Shown: positions 44,641-55,457, counted from the stretch's first letter. The stretch is 64,000 bases of DNA from an uncultured Desulfobulbaceae bacterium (GCA_945787445.1 CALZHT010000007.1:2598-66597); one strand, 5' to 3'. Translations and numbers: made by a program. The notes: generated by a model from the sequence alone, not told the origin.

Positions 44641-45993
44641 TTAAAGCAGGACATCCTCATCAAAAACTCCATCCCAGGTTGCGGTGGGTGGGTTCTTGAT
44701 TAAAAACTCGCAACGCTTTATAAAAATTCTGGCCGGCTGGTCATCCGGCCTTTTATTCGCGATCATTTCAAAAGCTGCCAGTGCTTCGGGCCAGCTGCTG
44801 TTTCTATAAAAGTTAAGGGCCCGAGCAAATTTTTTTGCTCTTGATTCAAAGATATCCCTTTCTCTATCATAGTTGGGTCCCAGGAGTTCGTATATTCGCA
44901 CAGGTTTCTCTCTGTTGGCCATACGAATATAATCCAGCTCACGGTAGATAAATAGTCCCATTGTCAGACGATAGGTGTTTTCACCCACCAGAACGGTCAC
45001 ACCAAAAAAATTTGCAGCCGCCAGGAGCCTGGATGCGAAAGTTACATTGCCACCCATGACGGTATATTCCATTTTTTTCCCCGGCACACCGATATTTCCA
45101 CTCACTACTTCACCTGTATTAATACCTACCCTGAAGGACAAAGGGGGAACGCCGGCTTTCGACCACTTGTTTTTCATGTGCTCAAGCATTTGAGACATGG
45201 CAAGAGCACATCGCACAGCGTGTTCAGCATGTTTTTCCCGAGAAAGCGGCGCACCCCAACAGGCCATTAGTCCGTCACTGAGGAATTTGTTTACCGTACC
45301 ATCATGCTTGAGGATCACCCTGGCCATTGCCGTCAAGTATTGATTAAGAAACTTAATCACAAATGCGGGATGTTGTTTTTCGCTGTAAATTGTTAGTTCG
45401 TTGATGTCGGAAAATAGGACAGTTGCTTGTTTTTTTTCGCCTGCGGTTTTGATGAGGCTGGGATCTTTGCTGATCTGATGGATGCTGTTTTCGGGCAGAC
45501 AGCAGCTTAAGATGGAGGAAATTTCCGTGGCTCGTTCATCGTAAATTGCTTTTCTCAGAACGGCTGCCATAACAGAGGCCAAAACTATGGCCGCAAAGGG
45601 ATAGAAGGTGCCAAGCCTCAAGCCGTTATTATCTATATATGCGGCAATGGCGGTATATGATGCGCAAATAGCGAAAACAAGAGGAAGTGCCAGCAGGGGT
45701 CTAAGTTTTGCAAACAGGATGAAGCTTGAAAGCCCAAGGGCAAAAAAAATAGCAATATTTATCAATACGCTGGTATCGCTTAGGTGGCGGAAACCACTAG
45801 ATCGAGGCAAGTCAGCCTGAATGGCCAGCTCCGGACCTTGAAACAATTTGCCGAAAGCGGACTTGCTAAAGGTGAGAAAGCGGATGTCATAGCTTTCAAG
45901 AGCCTGGATCTGCAGTAAATAGATAATAATAACTACGCCAGTAGAGAGCAATGCCAGTGCAATAGCAAGCCCTCTCTGTTTTTGGGTCCACAT
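44641..45993 (-). CDS. membrane-bound class III adenylate/guanylate cyclase
   Basis: N-terminal multi-TM region. The cyclase domain reads ATVLFSDINELT...FLSDGLMACWGAP...GINTGEVVSGNIG. Confidence 0.8.
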   Translation of the reverse strand: MWTQKQRGLAIALALLSTGVVIIIYLLQIQALESYDIRFLTFSKSAFGKLFQGPELAIQADLPRSSGFRHLSDTSVLINIAIFFALGLSSFILFAKLRPLLALPLVFAICASYTAIAAYIDNNGLRLGTFYPFAAIVLASVMAAVLRKAIYDERATEISSILSCCLPENSIHQISKDPSLIKTAGEKKQATVLFSDINELTIYSEKQHPAFVIKFLNQYLTAMARVILKHDGTVNKFLSDGLMACWGAPLSREKHAEHAVRCALAMSQMLEHMKNKWSKAGVPPLSFRVGINTGEVVSGNIGVPGKKMEYTVMGGNVTFASRLLAAANFFGVTVLVGENTYRLTMGLFIYRELDYIRMANREKPVRIYELLGPNYDRERDIFESRAKKFARALNFYRNSSWPEALAAFEMIANKRPDDQPARIFIKRCEFLIKNPPTATWDGVFDEDVLL

Positions 45994-46114
45994 ATGTAAA
46001 TATGGTATAGGTATTTTGTTTTTCAGTCAAGAAAATGTAATAATTATAGTATATTATTAGACTGAGCCCAATCCGGCGGCGGATTTGGTGATTCGCATTG
46101 TAAGAAAGTCATAA

Positions 46115-46165
46115 TAAAAATGCCCTGTCTTCTTCAGAGGACAGGGCATTTTTATTTATTTTTTG
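46115..46165. terminator. bidirectional hairpin terminator
   Basis: 10-bp stem ATGCCCTGTC/GACAGGGCAT, flanked by A5 upstream and TTTTTATTTATTTTTT downstream. It lies downstream of the FKBP gene on the minus strand. Confidence 0.6.
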
Positions 46166-46323
46166 GCAATAATGACGGGGTAGGCAAGTTTGGACCGTGT
46201 TTGTTATGCCCTTCACACCAAAGCCTATTCTCTCTCTTTGGTGTATACTTTTTATACGAAAGCGCATTCAAACACAACCCTCGGTGTTGATTGTGGCGTT
46301 ATCGTTTTTAATGCATCTCCGAA

Positions 46324-46746
46324 TTAGTCAATTCCCAGAATTTTTACGTCAAAATATAGGGTTTTCCCTGCTAAAGGGTGATTAAAATCAAGAATAACCG
46401 TGTCATCCTTAATTTCAGCAACTAAACCCTGGAGTGGCTGGCCCTCCTGGGTCTGGCCTTGAATTTGGGCCCCAACCTGTAATGCTTGCTCAGGAATCTG
46501 TGTCTTGTTGACTTCAATAAAAGCCTCTTGGTTGACAACACCATAGCCCTCTTCAGGTGTTACAGTGACCTCTTTGCTGTCCCCAACATTCATACCCTCC
46601 ATTTCCTTTTCCAAGCCAGGGATGATATCCTCTTTTCCTTGCGTGTAGCTCAGTGGTTGTCCCCCTACATTGGTATCTATCACAGTTTTGTCTTCCAATC
46701 TAAGAGTATATTCCATGGATACTTTTTTGCCTGCAGTAATTGTCAT
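46324..46746 (-). CDS. FKBP-type peptidyl-prolyl isomerase (SlyD-like, no His-rich tail)
   Basis: Begins MTITAGKKVSMEYTLRLEDKTVIDTN and contains ...GLEKEMEGMNVGD...HPLAGKTLYFDVKIL. AAGGAGAAAAAG RBS. Confidence 0.85.
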   Translation of the reverse strand: MTITAGKKVSMEYTLRLEDKTVIDTNVGGQPLSYTQGKEDIIPGLEKEMEGMNVGDSKEVTVTPEEGYGVVNQEAFIEVNKTQIPEQALQVGAQIQGQTQEGQPLQGLVAEIKDDTVILDFNHPLAGKTLYFDVKILGID

Positions 46747-47124
46747 AACTTTTTCTCCTTTTCCTTGAAATGTGTCGGGAACCCTTCCAAAACGAGCGAA
46801 ACGCTGCACTCAGAATGTTATTTAATTATGAAAAAAGATACCCAACATAGAGGGAATCAGACCAGATCACTCTAAGGCATTGCACACAGATCTGCAAGGT
46901 ATAAAGCGGAAGATTCATATGCAGCCTAAATCCTCCCGCCAGAATTTGCCGGAGGTATTACAATCCCCATGTTTGACTGGATATTCAGGAATTCCTGGTT
47001 GATACCCATACAACCAACCATAGAGCCTATGATGCGCAGATTGCAATGCATGGTGTGCGGTGTATACGTATACAAAAAATGACCACCGGTTAGACGGGAC
47101 GTCCGATAACTGTTGCTTGAGGCC

Positions 47125-49203
47125 TTACATTGAGAGGGCAAGATGTAAAACGTTTTCTAATTCACGAAGATCGTACGGCTTCATAATAACGCTACAAAAG
47201 CCATATTCCGTGTAGTTTGACATGATGGAGTCATCGGCGTATCCGCTGCACACTGCAACCTTGGCTTGGGCATCGATTTTCAATAATTTCTTGACCGCGG
47301 ATTTCCCGCCCATGCCACCGGGAATCGTCAGGTCCATGATGACCAGATCATAGGATTGGTTTGCCGCCAATGATTTTTTGTATTTTTGGATTGCTTCCTT
47401 GCCGTCTCCGGCAAATTCGGTTTCGCAACCGAGGAGTTCGAGCATGTTTTGCGCAACGTCCCTGACCAGTTCCTCATCATCCATAACAAGGACCTTGGCC
47501 TTTATGGCAGGTGCTATGCCGGGGGTGGAGCCGCGGTTCAACAGAGAATGTTCGCTGGCCGGCAGATAAAGACTAAAAGTCGTGCCTTCACCTGGAGCAG
47601 ATTTCACATCTACGAATCCTTGATGATTTTTGATAACCGAATAGGTAATTGCCAGGCCCAACCCATTGCCAAACTGCCTAGTGGAAAAATATGGATCAAA
47701 TATTTTTGAAATATGTTCCTTGGGAATGCCGCTTCCCTGATCACTTATATTGATTTTCACGTAAGGTCCTGGCCGGAGGGAAAGAGCCGATTCCGGTTCC
47801 ATCGTATAGTTGTCTGCAGTAACCATTATTGTTCCACCCTCCGGCATAGCCTGTTGGGCGTTAATCAGCAGATTAATGATAACCGGTCTGATTTGAGTTT
47901 CATCCGCTTCTATGGTCCATAAATTGTCTGCAATGGCAACTCGAGAGCGTATATCGGAATCACCTAAAACAAACCGAACAGAATCATGGAGAATATCGGT
48001 AATAGATATGGGAGCGGTAACCGGCATTCCTCCCTTGGAGAATGTGAGCAATTGCCTGGTGAGATCTCTCGCCCGCAGGGATGCCTCTTTTGCCGCCTGC
48101 AGCCGTGCAAGACTTTTGCTGTTTTTGGGATTATATGCATGCGCCAGGGCAATATTCCCGATCACTGCTGTGAGGATATTATTGAAGTCGTGGGCAATGC
48201 CCCCGGCCAGAACGCCGATGCTTTCAAGTTTTTCAATTTTCAGAAGTTCTTTTTCCATGCGCAGTTTTTCAGTGATGTTACGGATGATGCCCTGGTAACC
48301 AAGAATAGTTCCGGATGCATCTTTTCGTACTGTTGACATCACTTGGCAGGTTATTTCTGTGCCGTCTTTTTTTTGGAATTGCAATTCGTAATCACGGACC
48401 GACCCCTTTTTTTCAATCTCCTCCTGGAAGCAAGGCCTTTCCTCGGGATTCACATAAAGGGTCAGCACATTCATGCCGATGAGTTCTTCCCGGCTGTAGC
48501 CGAATATTTCCTCGGCCGCGGGATTGACATCCAGAAAGGTGCCGTCACGGGTAATGATATAAATCGCGTCTCTGGAATCCTCAAAAAGACTGCGGTATTT
48601 TTCTTCGCTCTGCCGGAGTGCTTCCTCGACTTCAGTTAATTCTTCATTTTGTTTTTTGAGGTGCGCATTTATGTGTTGGAGAGCCCTGGTGCGATCCTGC
48701 ACCATTTTTTCCAGATTGCCGCGATAGCGGCGCAATTCCTGTTCAATCTTTTTTCTGGTAGAGATATCCCTTACAATGCCCACGGCATGCCAACTGTTTT
48801 TATGTTCAATGGCGTTGAGCGATAATTCAATGGGAAATGCACGGCCATCCTTGCTTAAAGCATGCAATTCCATGGTTTTGCCGACCGCCGGACCCGTGCC
48901 GGTTTTTCTAAAGCCCTCGATCCCTTTTCTGTAGGCCTCATGGTACCTCCGGGGTGCGATCAGCAGGTGCAGCTCCTTGCCCAGTGCCTCATTATTGGAA
49001 TAGCCGAATATTTCCTGCGAAGCTTTGTTCCAAAAAGAAATTTTACCATCATGGTCCATCATGATGATGGCGTCTTTGGCTGTTTCCGTAACTACATGAT
49101 GCATTTGCCGGTCGACATGCCGAGCTTGTTCTCTTTGGTAGAGGGTGGCGAGTTCCAATTCAAGTTTCCGGATTTTTTGTTTCAATGCTTCCATGACCAA
49201 CAA
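47125..49203 (-). CDS. hybrid sensor histidine kinase/response regulator with two PAS domains
   Basis: Two PAS repeats, H-box HDFNNILT, an ATPase domain (GNGLGLAI, GEGTTF), and a C-terminal receiver (VLVMDDEE...DLVIMDLTIPGGMGG). Confidence 0.9.
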   Translation of the reverse strand: MLVMEALKQKIRKLELELATLYQREQARHVDRQMHHVVTETAKDAIIMMDHDGKISFWNKASQEIFGYSNNEALGKELHLLIAPRRYHEAYRKGIEGFRKTGTGPAVGKTMELHALSKDGRAFPIELSLNAIEHKNSWHAVGIVRDISTRKKIEQELRRYRGNLEKMVQDRTRALQHINAHLKKQNEELTEVEEALRQSEEKYRSLFEDSRDAIYIITRDGTFLDVNPAAEEIFGYSREELIGMNVLTLYVNPEERPCFQEEIEKKGSVRDYELQFQKKDGTEITCQVMSTVRKDASGTILGYQGIIRNITEKLRMEKELLKIEKLESIGVLAGGIAHDFNNILTAVIGNIALAHAYNPKNSKSLARLQAAKEASLRARDLTRQLLTFSKGGMPVTAPISITDILHDSVRFVLGDSDIRSRVAIADNLWTIEADETQIRPVIINLLINAQQAMPEGGTIMVTADNYTMEPESALSLRPGPYVKINISDQGSGIPKEHISKIFDPYFSTRQFGNGLGLAITYSVIKNHQGFVDVKSAPGEGTTFSLYLPASEHSLLNRGSTPGIAPAIKAKVLVMDDEELVRDVAQNMLELLGCETEFAGDGKEAIQKYKKSLAANQSYDLVIMDLTIPGGMGGKSAVKKLLKIDAQAKVAVCSGYADDSIMSNYTEYGFCSVIMKPYDLRELENVLHLALSM

Positions 49204-49479
49204 GTTCCATATGAAAAGACCCTCCGGAGGAGAGGTCTTAGGGGTAACGGTTATTCGTCAAGAGAGTTCCGCGATGCGCCCGTTTTTTCGGCCTTCATCT
49301 TGATCCCGCCGCAGAGTACATCGGCAGTTTAGACCTAACAATGACGGTTAGCTTTACCGAATTGAAAATGAATTGTCAATCATAGAGTTACAAGAAAATA
49401 ACTTTTTGAAAATACGCTCTTTTTAGAAATAGTTATCAAAAACAATTTATAATGCGTATTGATGTATTGACAGGAAAGG

Positions 49480-50160
49480 CTAATATGTTTTGGTGAAGAT
49501 GAGAAGAAGGCGGGGTGCATCTGAAAATGGCAGGGTGATATGATGGGTTTCCTTCAGGGTAAAGGGACCCGCTGGAAAGCGTTGGGCATAGTCAGCGGCC
49601 TCGATGTGACCTTTCGGGCCTTTCATGCAAACGATTCTTCCATCTTTTGAGGTGTAAGGTGACACAATGTCGAGAAAATCGACAACTGAGGTGAAGGCCC
49701 TGCTGGTGATAAACGGAAACTGTTCCAGTTTTGTGTGGCGCCTGTTTTTTTCAAGTCGGCCGGCAACAATTGTAATAGTTTCAAGGCCAAGAGTTCTAAT
49801 CAGGTGTTTGAGGAAAGACACTCTTTTTTGGCGGGGCTCCACCAGAGTTACTTCCACATGTGGACAGACGGTCTTGAGCACTAGGCCAGGGAATCCCGCT
49901 CCGGTGCCGACATCCAGTATCTTTTCTGAATTGCCCTCTCTAAGGAGTGGCAGCAGGGTAAGGGAGTCAAGAAAATGGTTTTCCAAGATATTTTCCATTG
50001 AGCCCTTCCCTACCAGGTTTATTTTCCTATTCCATTTAACAAGTTCGTCATAATAACAGCAGAGCCTGGCAACCGCTGAATCGGTAATTTCAACGGTTAG
50101 ACCCAATATCTGGATGCCTTTGCGTAACGTGATGTAACAGTCCAACGTGTTCTCAGGCAT
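49480..50160 (-). CDS. rsmG: 16S rRNA (guanine527-N7)-methyltransferase
   Basis: Length and the motif ILDVGTGAGFPGLVLK match the GidB-like layout. Confidence 0.8.
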   Translation of the reverse strand: MPENTLDCYITLRKGIQILGLTVEITDSAVARLCCYYDELVKWNRKINLVGKGSMENILENHFLDSLTLLPLLREGNSEKILDVGTGAGFPGLVLKTVCPHVEVTLVEPRQKRVSFLKHLIRTLGLETITIVAGRLEKNRRHTKLEQFPFITSRAFTSVVDFLDIVSPYTSKDGRIVCMKGPKGHIEAADYAQRFPAGPFTLKETHHITLPFSDAPRLLLIFTKTY

Positions 50161-50485
50161 AAGGCATCATTCGGAAAAATAAATTATAATAGAGGATTAA
50201 ACACATACACGTTGCTGGGTTTTTTTGCAATCTACGATTTATCAATTGGGGGCAAGTTCAATACTCTATGGCAAGCGCATTGGGGAGGACAATTCTTGAC
50301 AAATGGAAGCGGCCGGCTTGTATGGGTAAAATATTATAGGTTGGACCGTTTCAATGAATTGCTGCAAAAGTCCCTGAATCTATAGGAAAGAAATCGCAGC
50401 GCAGCAAGTGATGAATCATTCCGGGATATTTGGACTTGTGGAATAGTGTACTGAGGCTGGCCGGCTGTTCAGCCGGCTAAAAGTA

Positions 50486-50812
50486 TTATTGGTTTTCCAG
50501 CGCTAAAAGATGGGCCCAATCCTTGCGAAGCGATAGGAGGGTTGTGACGGCAACCTGGTTGGCGACCTTGTTGAGAGTGGAGAGTTTTTCCAGGTCCAGC
50601 TCGTGCTTTCTGCTCCATATTTCTGCCAGCGATTCTCCGCACGAGTCAGAGAGATCATCGTCCTCATCTAGATTTGAGGCCACTTTGATCAGGGCCGCTT
50701 CTGCTTCCGGTTGGTCATACTGGCCCAGATCAATGGCGGCATCATCACGGTCACAGAATTCCGCCTCCTCATCAAGAAGGACCTGGATTAAGTCATGTGG
50801 CCGCCTTGCCAT
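50486..50812 (-). CDS. small acidic HEAT-repeat-like protein
   Basis: 108 aa. The DRDDAAIDLGQYDQPEAEAALIKV..DEDDDLSDSCGESLAEIW pattern resembles PBS-type HEAT repeats. Confidence 0.4.
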   Translation of the reverse strand: MARRPHDLIQVLLDEEAEFCDRDDAAIDLGQYDQPEAEAALIKVASNLDEDDDLSDSCGESLAEIWSRKHELDLEKLSTLNKVANQVAVTTLLSLRKDWAHLLALENQ

Positions 50813-51157
50813 AAGTAATTCCCCTCGCTTCTATTCCCAACCAGCTTATCAACAAGTTTGGGATAATGCAATTTTATTGCGATGGTAGCCGTTAGTAGAT
50901 GTGATCGCAGAAAAGACCGCTCGTGCCGATTTGGTGGCTCCTTTTAAATAGCCATTTATTTTTGATTACAGGGGCCCACCCTTTGACCGCCAATTTGTTA
51001 ATGAATTTGGTGAAGGCCCCCATGTATGTAAGCTTTTTTTAGATGAATACTGCGGTGAGATACACAAGAAGGATAAAGGGGCTTACCCTAAGAAAGGCGA
51101 ATGGATTTCGGAATAGCTTTTTCACCCCCTGGGATTCCTTGGTGAAATGGCAACATA

Positions 51158-51421
51158 TTAGTATTCGAACTTTTCTAAATGCTTTTGGTATAGATCTCCG
51201 TATGGATCCTTTATGCACTCCTCTTGTACGGCCCGGCACATTGTGTCAACTTTTTTGGCAATTTCCTCTCCCATGTCCTGCGAAATGGAAGATTTATTTA
51301 AGCGGCTATTAGACATGGCCACACATTTATCAAACAGGAGATCAGGATAGATATCGTTGCTGCAGCCACCCGCCAACAAAAGACAAACGGTCATCCATAA
51401 GAAAACGGGTTGGCTATTCAT
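51158..51421 (-). CDS. small lipoprotein
   Basis: 87 aa with a signal peptide and lipobox LLAGGC. Confidence 0.45.
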   Translation of the reverse strand: MNSQPVFLWMTVCLLLAGGCSNDIYPDLLFDKCVAMSNSRLNKSSISQDMGEEIAKKVDTMCRAVQEECIKDPYGDLYQKHLEKFEY

Positions 51422-51761
51422 CCTCGACTGCCTCTTTAATTATTTCTATAGTATTGTCATGGTGGCCGTCAGTGCTGTCACTATCGCAGCTTGTGCATTC
51501 TTCTTTTATCTGTTTGAGTTGGTCGGTGAAATCGAATGGTCCGTATCTATGCCATAATTCACGAATTTTTGACCTGCACTCGTCTGGCTTGACGCCATGC
51601 AGGGCAGCAATAGCGTAAGTATAGCAAGCTTTACCATAATGACCGTTTTTTTCCTGCAAGGCTGCTCTGTAAAGCAATGCTTTCCCCTCTCTTTTCCTAG
51701 CTAAATGGAGAAATAAAAGCAAAGTGGCGAAAAAGAGGAGTATTGCGAAAATTATTTTCAT
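51414..51761 (-). CDS. small N-terminally anchored protein
   Basis: 115 aa with an N-terminal TM, one TPR-like helix pair and an acidic Cys/His-containing tail. It overlaps the next ORF by 8 nt. Confidence 0.4.
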   Translation of the reverse strand: MKIIFAILLFFATLLLFLHLARKREGKALLYRAALQEKNGHYGKACYTYAIAALHGVKPDECRSKIRELWHRYGPFDFTDQLKQIKEECTSCDSDSTDGHHDNTIEIIKEAVEDE

Positions 51762-51888
51762 GTTTATTTGGTGTTAATCGTTGGTGTAAATGGTGAACGG
51801 CGCAACTAAGAGTAGCAATAGTTGAGCAAAGGATCACAACTTCCTATGATTTGGATGGCCCCCCCCGGGACCATTACCGTCTCAGTCG

Positions 51889-52485
51889 TCAAGATTTTTT
51901 TACTACTTTTCGCCGGTAGACTGTTTTACTGCTGCTAACCGTGCGGACAGGCGACCTTGCGACCGGCCTTGTGCGGCGAGGTATGTATGATGGATTGAGC
52001 ACTATCTTTTTGGGATGGTTGCTTAAGGCAGCTTTGCTCTCCATACGAATAACATTGCAAGTGGAATCTTTCGGATTATGTGCCAAAACCCGGTTTGAAT
52101 CATCCAGAGCCTCTTGATACAATTTTTTTGCATAATATGCCTGGCTGCGAAGCTTATAGCTGGGGATATCGTTGGGATTCGCCTTAATAACTCTGCTGAG
52201 ATCCTCTATAGCTACTTGATACAGCTTATTATTAAAATGGATTTCACCACGTTCGCGGTATGCGGGAGTTGTAGGAAAAAGTTTAATAGAGGTGTTCAAA
52301 TCATTCAGGGCCGCATCGATCTTGTTTTGCTTTAAGAAGGCAAGCGCCCGATAATGGTAATACCTGTATCTGTTTTCCGGGGAAGATTGCTCTATTGCTT
52401 TAGTGAGTTCACTGATGGGAAGCTCTCGGGCCATGCTGACAAAGGGAATAATTAAGAAACATGACAATAGTATCAAGGCTCGCAT
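51889..52485 (-). CDS. secreted TPR-repeat protein
   Basis: Start chosen at MRALILLSCFLIIPFVSMA (signal peptide), followed by 3-4 TPR-like repeats. Confidence 0.55.
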   Translation of the reverse strand: MRALILLSCFLIIPFVSMARELPISELTKAIEQSSPENRYRYYHYRALAFLKQNKIDAALNDLNTSIKLFPTTPAYRERGEIHFNNKLYQVAIEDLSRVIKANPNDIPSYKLRSQAYYAKKLYQEALDDSNRVLAHNPKDSTCNVIRMESKAALSNHPKKIVLNPSYIPRRTRPVARSPVRTVSSSKTVYRRKVVKKS

Positions 52486-52787
52486 TGGTGTTCTTATTTT
52501 TTCAGGATCATGGTTTGATGAATTCGTAGAATTTAAGGGCCAGAGGTTGGAATAACGTTCCTTATTTGGTATTGGATGTTTTCCCATTTATTAATTTTAC
52601 AACATAACTAGCACTTTCAGCAATGTATTTTGTCCTGATGGGATCTTTGCTTGACTTTTGCCTCCTTCATACCTGTGTCATGCAACGCAACATTGCTAGT
52701 CTGTAAAGTCCTGCGAGCCATCTGAAGGTGTTGTTTAGTATTTTGAGATAGTTACAGGAAAGAAGGACTAAGAAAAAGGGAATGGGA

Positions 52788-53942
52788 CTATGCGCTGTTA
52801 AGGGTGATATTGAAGCTGTCCATGCTGGTTAATACTTGGGCGGCTTCTTTTCCTTTTAGACCACCGCAATCAAGGTTCACTAGCTTTCCGCCATATACCA
52901 GGCATATGCAGGTGCCTTCCTGTGCTTTGGTAATTTCAATGGAACAGGTGAGCTGATCCAGCTCAAGCATTTTCAGAAAATCCATCAGGCTTGCCCCTTT
53001 GATGGATTTCTTGCCGGTGCGGGTGTCGAACAAATCGGTGATCGTATCGGCCAGTTCAAAGGTTTCAAATGGTTTGATGAGGTGCTTGACAGCGCCAAGG
53101 GTTTCAAGCCGTTTGTGCATCTCCGCAAAGTCAAAGATGGAAATTACAATGGTCGGTACGGCTGGGAATCTGGCCTTCATGTAGTTCAATAACTCAAAGC
53201 CGTCCATTTCAGACATTTTCAGACCGGTTACCAAAAGGTCGATAGGCTTGGTCTCAAGGATCCGTACCGCCTGTTTGCCGTTTGCCGCAGTCTGTACGGT
53301 AAAAACATTCTGATAGGCCTGCAGCTCTGAAGCCAGGGCGGCAATCTGGGTTTTGTCCTCATCAACCAGAAGGACGGCCTTGGAGGGTATCTCCTGCTCG
53401 TTTTCAAGAAATTTTTCCGTATCAAGGATGAAAAAATCATCCTGCAGTATACCGTTTTTAAATATACAAATATTATGCTCCCAATCATCAAGATTGATGG
53501 TGAGCTTACAGGTTTTCCGCCCCAACTGTACAAGCTCTAGAAAGGAGAGAATGTGAATAGTATTTTTTGGCTGCGATTTTGGTGCCGGCCTTGTTCTGGG
53601 CGGCCCCATTTCCTTTCTGATCGGTACTACGGTAGATTTTTTGGCCTTTGCCCTAGGTATTGGTTTTTCTTTAACAGGTGCGGGCGCCTCAGATGGCACT
53701 GGTTCAGGTGCATCCCGGCGTGCCTGAGATTCCATGCCAATCGTTGTCAGATCTTCAACAAAATCAAGATCTTGAGCTTCGTTCTCTATTCCTACCGTAT
53801 CCTCTTCGGAAGTTGACTGTTTCCGGTGGGTGATCTTGGACAGCGCCTCCATCTCCTCGTTATTGGAGGTTTCATGCGCCTTGTCCGCGTCCACTCCCAG
53901 GAGGTCATCTAATATGTTTCGTAAAAAACCCTTTTTTTTCAT
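52788..53942 (-). CDS. response regulator with DUF4388 (PATAN-like) domains flanking a receiver
   Basis: Disordered Pro/Lys-rich N-terminus and receiver block VLLVDEDKTQ...DLLVTGLKMSEMDG. The flanking segments resemble DUF4388. Confidence 0.6.
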   Translation of the reverse strand: MKKKGFLRNILDDLLGVDADKAHETSNNEEMEALSKITHRKQSTSEEDTVGIENEAQDLDFVEDLTTIGMESQARRDAPEPVPSEAPAPVKEKPIPRAKAKKSTVVPIRKEMGPPRTRPAPKSQPKNTIHILSFLELVQLGRKTCKLTINLDDWEHNICIFKNGILQDDFFILDTEKFLENEQEIPSKAVLLVDEDKTQIAALASELQAYQNVFTVQTAANGKQAVRILETKPIDLLVTGLKMSEMDGFELLNYMKARFPAVPTIVISIFDFAEMHKRLETLGAVKHLIKPFETFELADTITDLFDTRTGKKSIKGASLMDFLKMLELDQLTCSIEITKAQEGTCICLVYGGKLVNLDCGGLKGKEAAQVLTSMDSFNITLNSA

Positions 53943-54146
53943 TTTGATTGCGAACCAACTGGTTCAAGTTCTGTTGAAAAGTCGATACTTGGTAATTAAA
54001 TTTCGCTCGTCAGACCTGTCAATTATATCCGGCAATACAACAGGTAATCAATGGGGAGCATTGATACCGCTCATTACTATAGAATACGCTGAAACGCCAA
54101 CTTATGCAGCTTAAAAAATTGATGAAATTTTGGTTTGGCATGAGGA

Positions 54147-55457
54147 TCACCTCTTGTTTAGCCTGACGGCCACAGAATTCGCGTGGGCTGTAAGTCCTTC
54201 CAATTCAGCAATTTTTTTAATATGCTCCGCATCGTTTGCCAGTGCTTGCCGTGAACAGGAAATAACGCTCGATTTTTTAATGAATGTTTCCACCCCAAGG
54301 GCCGATGAAATCCGGGCCGTGCCCATGGTTGGCAGAACATGGTTTGGGCCGGCCAGGTAATCGCCTGTTGCTTCAGGCGAATGGTCGCCGAGAAAGATGG
54401 CACCGGCATGGCGGATCCTGGTAAGCCAGTGGTATGGGTGTTGAATCATCAGTTCCAGGTGTTCGGCCGCAATGTCGTTGGCAATGGTAATCGCTTCCTC
54501 GGTAGTGTCAGCCACCAGAATAATCCCGCGGTATTTAAGCGAAGCTTGGGCAATATCTGCCCTGCTCAGAGCAGCAAGCTGTGCTTCGAGTTCTTGGACC
54601 ACCTGGTTGGCAAGTTCCATGCTGGTGGTTACAAGCATGGCCAAGGCCATGGCATCGTGCTCCGCCTGCGCCAGCATATCCGCGGCAATATACTCCGGTT
54701 TGGCGGACTGGTCGGCCACGATCAGCACTTCACTGGGTCCGGCGATCATATCAATCCGCACTCGGCCGGCAATTTGGCGCTTTGCTTCAGTAACATACTG
54801 GTTACCGGGCCCGACAATCACATCCACGCGCGGAATGGTTTCCGTCCCCAGCGCCAGGGCGGCTATGGCCCAAGCACTGCCTATCTTATAGATTTCAGTG
54901 AGGCCTATTTTATGGGCGGCAACCAGCAGCGCCGGATTTACCAGGCCGTTTTCATCCGGTGGAGTCACCATTACCCGGCGCTTGACCCCGGCGATAGCGG
55001 CCGGGATACCATTCATCAGAACCGAAGAGACCAAAGGGGTCCGGCCTCCCTTTCCTCCCGGCACATAAAGGCCGGCGGAATCGACAGGGATGACCAACCT
55101 GCCGACAATGGTGCCGTCCTCGCGGGTCGTAATCCAGGATTCTTCTTTTTCCCGTTCATGAAAAGTGCGAATGCGATGGATTGCCAAATCCAGGGTTTCC
55201 TGCAGGTCTCCACTGACGGTCTGGTGTGCCTGGTCAATTTCCTGATCAGTCACCCGGAGCTGTTCCCTGGAAAAGTCAGGTGAGTCGAACTTTCTGGTGA
55301 ATTGCAGAAGCGCCATGTCCCTATTTTCCCGGACATTGTCAATGATAGAAGTTACAGCATCCCGGCATTGCACGTCAGCAGATAAGAAACGATCTTTAAG
55401 TCGCTCGAGATGGCGGTGGCCTTCCTCCGAAGAAGTGGTTACTGGAGTAATAATCAT
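54147..55457 (-). CDS. hisD: histidinol dehydrogenase
   Basis: Motifs AGPSEVLIVAD, AEHLELM and GDYLAGPNHVLPT. Start chosen at MIITPV. Confidence 0.9.
   Translation of the reverse strand: MIITPVTTSSEEGHRHLERLKDRFLSADVQCRDAVTSIIDNVRENRDMALLQFTRKFDSPDFSREQLRVTDQEIDQAHQTVSGDLQETLDLAIHRIRTFHEREKEESWITTREDGTIVGRLVIPVDSAGLYVPGGKGGRTPLVSSVLMNGIPAAIAGVKRRVMVTPPDENGLVNPALLVAAHKIGLTEIYKIGSAWAIAALALGTETIPRVDVIVGPGNQYVTEAKRQIAGRVRIDMIAGPSEVLIVADQSAKPEYIAADMLAQAEHDAMALAMLVTTSMELANQVVQELEAQLAALSRADIAQASLKYRGIILVADTTEEAITIANDIAAEHLELMIQHPYHWLTRIRHAGAIFLGDHSPEATGDYLAGPNHVLPTMGTARISSALGVETFIKKSSVISCSRQALANDAEHIKKIAELEGLTAHANSVAVRLNKR

Noticed and set aside
49204-50485. rsmG (gidB) often lies near oriC, so the flanking intergenic regions were inspected for an origin.
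   Set aside because: I saw no cluster of TTATCCACA-like DnaA boxes, no dnaA, dnaN, parAB or mnmG neighbours, and no obvious switch in gene orientation.
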